A stretch of 64,000 nt of DNA from the human T2T-CHM13v2.0 reference genome, Homo sapiens, in the NCBI RefSeq assembly GCF_009914755.1, contig NC_060925.1. The stretch is one strand, 5' to 3'. Below, piece by piece: positions 56,536-64,000 of the stretch. Positions within the stretch are counted from its first letter, which is position 1. Each line of letters starts with the position of its first letter. The translations under genes and the position numbers were made by a program. Under the pieces are notes generated by a model. That model ran no database searches, was not told the origin of the DNA, and saw only the letters and a program-made list of their open reading frames with translations.

Positions 56536-56984
56536 GTATTAGTCAAGGTTCTCCAGAGAAACAGAACCAATATATATAAAGAGATTTATTACCAGGAATT
56601 GGCTCATGCACTTATGGAGCCTGGAAAATCTGAAGTCTGTGGGGTGCGCTGGCAGGTTGGAGACCAGGAAAGGGCCGATGCTGTAGTTTCAAGTCCAAAG
56701 GCTGTCAGGCCGAAGACCTGGGAAAGAGTGAATGTTGTAGTTCAAGTCTGAAGGCCATCTGCTGGAGTAATTCCCTCTTGCGCTGGGGAGGTCAGCCTTT
56801 TGTTCTATTCAGGCCTTTAACTGATTAGATGAGGACCACCCACATTATGGAGGGCAATCTTTATTCAGAACCTACCCATTTACATTTTAATCTCATCCTA
56901 AAGCACTCTCATAGAAATGTCAAGAATAATGTTTGACCACATATCTGGGCCCAGCCAAGTTGATGCATAAAACTAACCATTGCA
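56536..56984 (-). mobile_element. MLT2B-like ERVL solo LTR
   Basis: tgtattagtcaaggttctccagagaaacagaacc...cccagccaagttgatgcataaaactaaccat. Confidence 0.9.
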
Positions 56985-57039
56985 CCATCCCTGTGAAATT
57001 ATATAGGTAAAATTTAATGGCTGCTGACTCGGGGGTACT

Positions 57040-57520
57040 GTATCAAATAAACTTCCAAAGAAGAAAGAGATGGTATGCTCAGAAGAGTTCAACTGAAAAG
57101 AATTTAATGAAGGTGCTGCTTACGATGGTAAACAAAGTTAAGGAATCAGCAGAGACAGGCACCCAGGGACTAGGAACTAGGCTTGAAGGGTAAGGGGAGA
57201 GAATGATGCAATTGGAATCCAGTGAGACTGGAGCCATAGAAGAGGGCCATCCTGCCAGAAGCTGTGGCCATAAAGGAATAGACCTACTGCCAAATGCTCA
57301 ATAAGGCAGAGAGGGAGGGATAGGTGAGGGGCCAGGGTGGTAGCCTGAAACCCGACCTCTTTCTTCTGGCCTTCAGTCTTCTTTGGGTGTCCCTCATTGG
57401 TCAAACACAACCAGAAGCCAGTGGGCATGGGGCTCTGGGTGATGTGTCTGTAGAGATCAGCCTTAGGGGCACAGAGCTGGGCAAGGAATGACTCAGTGGC
57501 CTGGAAAGGGCACATGATGA
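57040..57520 (-). mobile_element. Old ERVL LTR (LTR33/LTR41-like)
   Basis: cctcattggtcaaacacaaccagaagccagtgggc...gatcagccttaggggcacagagc. Confidence 0.6.
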
Positions 57521-58879
57521 AAGGCCATCATAAATAGTATACAGCAGTTAGAAATGATGGAGTAGATATGCTCAAAACCACATGGATGAATCTGAAAACG
57601 TAGTGCTTGGTGAAAAAGGTAACAAATAGAAAGATCTAAAACACAATTCTAGTTATGAAAATAAAATACATATGCACAAAACAACAATGCACATCTGCCA
57701 GACTATTTGGGAACAAAAGCATACACATCAAACACTGTGGAATAGCTGCATGTGGTATAGGAAAGTAATGTGGATTAAAGGGAATAAATGAGAAGGAGAG
57801 AGAGGTCTTTCATGGACCAATGATGATAATGTGCTATGAACAGAGGAGAGTGATTAAGTCAACTCCGTGCACTAAGGATCCAACTTTATGAGAAAAAAAT
57901 ATATTTATAAAAAATATATAACATATATATATGTATATTTGGTATTGATTTTTCTGTTATATGGATGAGGTACCTTATCCATCTAACTCATGCTGCCAGA
58001 TTGGAGGAATTTGAGGCCTGAGGGGTTCAAGGAACTAGCCCAGGGTTATGAAGGTAGTGGGTGATCTCCTGAGGAAATGAGACGCCATGGATATTCTTGA
58101 TGTAGATTCTTCTCTTCAGTGACATTGTCATGACCCCACCTCATTGAGATATTTGATCCACACAATACAGTGATTTAAGGCCTGTGTGAATGTAAATTAC
58201 TGCTGTTCATTTTTGTGCTCCTGCCTGGGACCAGGGAAGAAATTCTCCAAACATCCTGCTTTCCGAGTTTGAGGACTTACTTTAGAAAAGTACTACCATT
58301 GGCTTTATACCTATCATTAGCTAAACCTTCTGTAAATGGCATCATTTTGGGAGCAAGGTAATTGTCAGGTCAGGCCTGGATAGACATATACCTCCTCTGT
58401 TATCTGCAAGGTTGCTTTCAATCTCCTTCTTTTCCATCTGTCTACAGGCATCTCAATGGTTTATGTTAACCTTAGAAAATAGGGCTTGGGTTTAGCCACA
58501 GGGGATGGAAGATGGCCTTAGCCACATGGCTGTGGAAGGGAAGGAGGTAGGGATGGCCCTAGTCACACTGGGCCTGTGTAAAAGGGCCAAGGAGCACTTG
58601 CCCCTCCAAGGGCACTTGTCTCTGGGGCTGTACTTGCCACAAACCTAATCCTCTCCATTACATAGCTCTGCAGGCTAAGTTTTCAGGAGACAGCACAGAC
58701 GGAAAAGCTCCATAAAGCTGTTCTGATCCTCTTAGCACTTTGTGCAAGGAGCACAGATAAGACTTTTGATTCTGGGAATTACTGGAAGAAAAAATATACC
58801 TTTGTCTGAATCACTCATGCTGCCAGATTGGAGAAACCTGAATCAGTTTGATGTTGTTCGTAACAACAACGGTAGTAAT

Positions 58880-59080
58880 AGTAATAATGAAATCTGTCCC
58901 CACCATTTGTTTACCTACTCTGTAGGAGGTACAGTGCTTGAAGGTTGGCATCCGTGATCTCATTCCATTTTCACACAACCTTGCATTTTGCTGGCAGAGA
59001 GACCAAAGTCAAACAGGTTAAGCAACTTAGCCAAGAATAGAGCCAGAAAATGACCCAGTCCAACAGCCTCCTCAGCTCCT
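58880..59080 (-). mobile_element. MIR
   Basis: ccatttgtttacctactctgt...ggttaagcaacttagccaag. Confidence 0.6.
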
Positions 59081-59809
59081 GCCCTGTCCTCACAGTGGTT
59101 CCATCCCAAATGCAGTAGCCAAGTCTGTCCTGAGACAGGGTGGCATTGGGGTGGAAGCCCAGGAAGGCTGAAGCTTCCCAGGTGGGGCTAAGTGGAATGT
59201 CCCCAAGGCCCAGATTGGTGCCCATTTTAAGGGCAGGGTTTCCTTGATGAGGTTGTTCTCTCTTCTTGCCTGGAGAGAAAGCCTATGTTATCTTATGAAA
59301 TATCCCCTCAGGTAAGAAGGGAGTGCATTCTATTATATATCAGGACATGGATCCTGCCAGACTGCAGTGAGTCAAGGCTGCTTCATGATGTCTTGAGAGC
59401 TGGTGTCCTGGGATCCTTTGGCTGGGCTGGAAGGTTCAGCTGGTCCACATGGGTAGGAGGATGTGTTGGGAAGGCAGGAGAAGAAGGATGGCCTGGCCTA
59501 GCGGTTTAAGTTTGCTCCTAGAGAGCAGAAGTCCTGGCATAGAAAAGGGGATTCCTGGGCTGTCACAGTGAGTCCATATTAGTTTCTCTTACTCTGATAC
59601 TCTTCAAAGTCCATCCAACTGGAGTCACATACTCCCTTCTTCTTTTTGCAAGCAGTGCTCAAAAGTGAATCAAGCCCACTCAGCCCAATTTGTTGTTAAT
59701 GCTTGTTGCTCTCGCTTGCCTCCCTTTTTGTTTTCTCTTTTTAAGGCTGTTTTGTCCTAGTAACAAATAATATAAAAAATAAAAATAAAATAAATAATAA
59801 AATACTACT

Positions 59810-60030
59810 ACTAATAATTGGCAACAAGCACCATTCTAGTTGCTTTATGTAGATGATCTCATTTGATCCTCTGCAGAACCTTACAAATTATTATCCCCAA
59901 TTGGCAGATGAAGAAACTGAAGCTTGGAAAGGTTAAGAAACGAGTTCAAGGTCGCCCAGCTAGAACATTGAGGAGCAGAGAACAGAATGCTATTTTGTGT
60001 TCCTTCAAAGCCTGGCTTACTCTCTACTTG
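59810..60030 (-). mobile_element. MIR
   Basis: gcagatgaagaaactgaagcttggaaaggttaag...caaggtcgcccagctag. Confidence 0.8.
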
Positions 60031-60039
60031 ACCACATTG

Positions 60040-60170
60040 CCTATAAAATGGGGATGGTAATAACAGTTGCCCTGCTTGCTTTGCAAGCCTGCGGTGAGGA
60101 TCAAATAAGACAGTAATTGGGAAAGCACTTTGAAAATTGCAAAGCGCTATGTAAATATATGGTATTATTC
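60040..60170 (+). mobile_element. MIR 3' half
   Basis: ctataaaatggggatggtaataac...gtgaggatcaaataaga...aaagcactttgaaaa. Confidence 0.75.
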
Positions 60171-60574
60171 TAATGTATCACGGGCCTACAAAAACACTGC
60201 TCAAACATTTCATTTAAGAGAAGACACACCAAACCATTATTCAATAAGATAACACCATATGTGATCCTTTCATCATTCCAAGAATGTTTATCAAGTCCAC
60301 AAAACCAAAGCCATTAGTAAGGTTTTGTTTTCTGGGTAGGCTCAGCAAACTTGGAGCAAGCTCAAGTGGTCTTTAAATAGTCAAGTTAAATTGAAGAGAC
60401 CGCATTAAGTGTCAAATAATTAAATGCCCTTACAGACTCTGGGAGTTTAAGATATATGCTTTCAATACATTAGAATATTCCTAAGAGTAGCTTTCAAGGA
60501 GTTGAATGGGAATCCCTTTGGTACTAAAGGGAGCGGTAATAATAATAACAGAAAATAATAGCAGTAATTTTAAC

Positions 60575-60810
60575 CAGTGGAGTAGTGTGAAGAACACTGG
60601 CTATCCAACCAGACTCCTGGTCTACTAGATATATAACCTGGAAAATAATTTAATCTGTCTGTGCTTTAGTTTTCTTGTTGGTAAAATGGGAGTAGTAATA
60701 GCACCGACCTTGTAAAGGCTGTTGTGATGATTAAATGAGCAATTGGAACTGCACCTGCCATATATAGTATGTACTCTGTAAATGTTACCTCATGCTATTA
60801 TTATGCTTTC
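60575..60810 (+). mobile_element. MIR
   Basis: gtaaaatgggagtagtaatagcacc...gttgtgatgattaaatgag. Confidence 0.75.
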
Positions 60811-60874
60811 TTAAGCACACAAAATATTTGCAAACAACATAAGAATAAAATGGTAAAGAAACTGACTTCAGCTG

Positions 60875-61030
60875 TAATAACTAAGGTCCTCCAATGTGCC
60901 AGGTATGATGCTCCATACTTTATATACATTATCTCTTTAATCATCATAACAACTCTCAGGGAGAGATTTTCTCACTCTCCCCCTCCGCATTTTACAGATA
61001 TGGAAACGGAAGTCCGGAAGACTCAGTGTG
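60875..61030 (-). mobile_element. MIR
   Basis: aatgtgccagg...cattttacagatatggaaacgga. Confidence 0.75.
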
Positions 61031-61509
61031 ATCATCTGAATTGCTCTTTAAGACTTTTTTATTCTTTACTACTTTCCCAAGTTGCCAAAGCCTGGCAGCT
61101 AGCAGCAAGTCCTCTGCCCTGGATCTGATTGGTCTTGAGAATGGGGAGGACTGTCTAGTGTTTCAGCTGTGCCTATGCTGCTGAGAGATGGGCAATAGGG
61201 GAAGTGGGACCCCTCTAGAAGTGATGGCTGAGAAACTTCAGGCTGGACTTTCCACACCTTTTCAGGGTTCTGGAGTGAGTCAGTGTTACTCAGCCCACTT
61301 AGGGCTATTCTTGAAGCTGCTTTGAACCAGATTTTAAGGTTTTAGAAACATTCGGTAAGGCAGGAGTGTGGCTGGTACCCTGCAATCCCTCCAGAATGGT
61401 CTGGTTTCTAACTGGGTTGATTTAGGATGACATCACATCAGTTCACAGCATTAAAACTGCCTTTAGCGCCTCATTGTCCAAAAGGACAATGTCCTCATTC
61501 TTTAATATT

Positions 61510-61735
61510 GCGGTTGAGTGGAGTAAGTTTTGACTTCAGAACCTAACAGGCACAGATCTGAATCTTGGCTCTGTCATCAATGAGCTGAATGATTTTGAGA
61601 TAAGGTAAATTTCTCAGAGCCACAGTTTCCTTATCTACTAAATAATGCTTCCTTGCCAGATCAAATAAGATGCAAAGGGACGCAAAGTACCCCACACCTG
61701 GTGTGGCTTACAGTGAGTACTTACTAAATGTTACT
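61510..61735 (+). mobile_element. MIR
   Basis: tgaatcttggctctgtca...cacagtttccttatcta. Confidence 0.65.
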
Positions 61736-63208
61736 TCCCTTCCTTTCTCTTAGCAAGGCACACATAACCCTTTCTAAACACACCTCGACCTGTTTATTAA
61801 CATACTGTACTTTTTTTCTATGTGCCTGATAGTTCATGAAGACCAAGTTGAAACATGCCTTTCCTAGTTTTGCCACAGAAATGAGATAATCTATGTGGAA
61901 TTACCTAGCTTATTGCCTGGGACAAAATGGGCTCTAAATAAGGAAGAATGAGAAGGTGGCTGAATGGTAGGAGCTAGGAATGTTGGTAATATTTTCTCCT
62001 GAAGCGTACCCAGACTTCTCTGGGAAACTTGAATTTAAGAAAGCTTATAAGGGAGACTGTGCAGTGGAAGGGGTCTGGTCAAGGAGAAACAGAGCACTGG
62101 TGCCTGTATACTGCCCTCCCCCAATAAAATATTTGTCTCCTCTACCCCACAAGCCAGACCACAGCCATTCACATTTAAAGCTTGTGGTTTGTCCATCCTT
62201 GGGAGGGTGCCACGTGGAATAGGATTATATTAAGTGCATAGTGATGGCTTTGTGGCTCAGGCAGGGAAATGTCCCTGGCTAATTGCACATTAGATACTAG
62301 TCCTGTAAATGTTATTAGGCTGTGCAAGCTAGCTGCTACTATTAACTTTATGTTGACCTTCTTTGTACCAAACACAAGCTCTCAAAAGAGTTCTTTGCAG
62401 AGTGCCATTTAAGGGCTCGTGCAGCCTTTAGAAGTTGATTTGGGGATGCCTGGGAATGCAGTCTCCTGGAATTGCATTTAGGATCCTGACTCAATATGTA
62501 TTTTCATTCTGGTGTTTCTTTTGGTCCTATTCCATGCGTTGGATAGCTGAACATGGACAGATATACAATATGAAGTCTCTTTGGTTTCCATAGTAACACA
62601 TTATTTATCTGGCATTGTCAGCTCATTAACTGTTCCACCCAAGTGAATTTTCCAACTAATCGAAGCATTTCTCATTAAATGCCAAACAGTTTGTTGTTTA
62701 ATGGAAATCTTTCCTAATGGATTACCCACGCACCTCTGTCTTCCGAAGGAGGGCTGTCTTTTCACAATACTGCTTGGACTTCATTGTGAGTTTTTGGATG
62801 GTGCTGTCATATATATTACTACATACCCAGGGTGTGTTGAACTCTGGACTAATTGCTCTAAGCTGTTAAATTTTTTGAGTCCCTGGGTCTCCGCACTTTC
62901 TCCTGAGTAGTTCCCAGTTTATCTGCCTCCATCTCCTTTCCTGATCTCAATTTGTTGTGTCTAGTCAACTCCAGACTAGGAAATCTGATAACGAAGCTTG
63001 TGAAAAGTACGTATAAACAGCTTCTGAGTGAAAACCTCTTGAGCTTTTCTAAGGAGTAAGAGCTTCAATGCAACAAACTGGGCTGATTCTCCACAACAGA
63101 AAGCATTCTGCCTCAGACATTGTTTTGTCAGATATTTGTTTACCTATCCTGCCAAATTTGAGTTTCAGGAACCTAATCCAAATGTTAATTCGAATTTCCA
63201 AATCACCA

Positions 63209-63707
63209 CCGATTGCCCATCCCTAATCAAAAAATTCTAAATGCTCCAAAACCTAAAACATTTGAGCACCAACATGATGCCACAGGTGGAAAATTCCACA
63301 CCTGACCTCATGTGATGGGTTGGAGTCAAAACTTTGTTTCATACACAAAATTATTAAAAATATAGGGGCCAGGCATGGTGGTTCACACATGTATGTAATC
63401 CCAGCACTTTGGGAGGCTGAGGCAGGAGAATCACTTGAGTCCAGGAGTTTGAGACCACTCTGGGCAACACAGAAAGACCCTGTCTCTTTAAAAAATAATA
63501 ATAATTATTATTTTATATATATATAAAGTAAGATTACCTTTATACTATGTGTATAATGTGTGTATAAAAAATAAATTTTGTGTTTAGATTTAGGTCCCAT
63601 CCCTAAGATATCTCATTGTTTGTATGCAAATATTCTAAAATCTGAAAAAATCCAAAATCTAAAACACTTCTAATTGCAAGATTTTTGGATAAGGGATACT
63701 CAACCTG
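63209..63707. mobile_element. Tigger4b-like MITE (opposite orientation to 54497-55237), split by FLAM
   Basis: catccctaatc...ggtggaaaattccacacctgacctcatgtga...ggataagggatactcaacctg. Confidence 0.88.
63367..63505 (+). mobile_element. FLAM_C-like Alu left monomer
   Basis: ggccaggcatggtgg...gaccctgtctctttaaaaaa, no right arm. Confidence 0.85.
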
Positions 63708-64000
63708 GACTATCCAAGTGCTGGCTTTAAGTGGGATGTTACAAGGCCTTCAGAAAGGTCTGTTCAATCATTTCTTGTTCACTGCCAGGCACTGAGCAAA
63801 GCACTGGCCACCTAGATAGACATAGTCCTTGCTTTTGGGATACTGAAAGTCTAGATGGAAAAAAACTTAGAAATATGCAGATAAACTTGAAAAATGGTAT
63901 AGAGGGGTGCATGACTAGGTTCTGCATAGCACAGAGAAGGGAATGATGTCTGCTTAGAAGAATCAAAGACCATAAGCAAGAGGAGATAATTTGCCCTCCC

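Larger units (their letters stand above)
56380..57800 (+). mobile_element. Old L1ME-like fragment split by two LTRs
   Basis: tatgatccagaaatttcacttctgg...atgttcatcacagcattgtt | tatacagcagttagaaatg...acatggatgaatct. Confidence 0.65.

Noticed and set aside
61472-61491. CATTGTCC-AAAA-GGACAATG hairpin / paired SOX sites
   Set aside because: 8-bp stems are expected by chance, and the orientation and spacing differ from the usual SoxE dimer site.
54497-63707. Two inverted Tigger4 MITEs as ends of a composite transposon
   Set aside because: Each has its own pair of termini and no transposase lies between them.

Overview
Primate, most likely human, repeat-rich non-coding DNA (intronic or intergenic). 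I recognise no host protein-coding exon, tRNA, rRNA or CRISPR array, and I cannot name the locus. The only real protein-coding sequence is the disrupted ORF2 of a 5'-truncated young LINE-1 (L1PA2-like, minus strand, ~2788-5340). The other short ORFs in the track are Alu-, LTR- or chance-derived. The window holds many layers of transposons: dozens of MIR and L2 fragments, old L1M pieces, Alu/FLAM/FRAM, ERVL-MaLR LTRs (THE1C x2, MLT1), MLT2B, an ERV1 MER41 LTR, and Tigger and hAT MITEs, often nested with readable target-site duplications (TSDs). I found no new multi-gene system. The signals not explained by known repeats are: (1) local templated duplications of unique sequence (165-287 copied at 1783-1904; an inverted plus direct duplication complex at 52862-55583; a short one at 57971/58797); (2) an 18/19-bp hairpin at 14244-14294 in a repeat-free block with a CTCF-like motif; (3) an L1 inserted into a pre-existing inverted repeat; (4) LTR-borne STAT (GAS) and DUX4 motifs; (5) CpG-retaining motif clusters that may be enhancers or non-coding exons. 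Repeat subfamily names are recognised by eye from remembered consensus sequences, and boundaries of old repeats are approximate.
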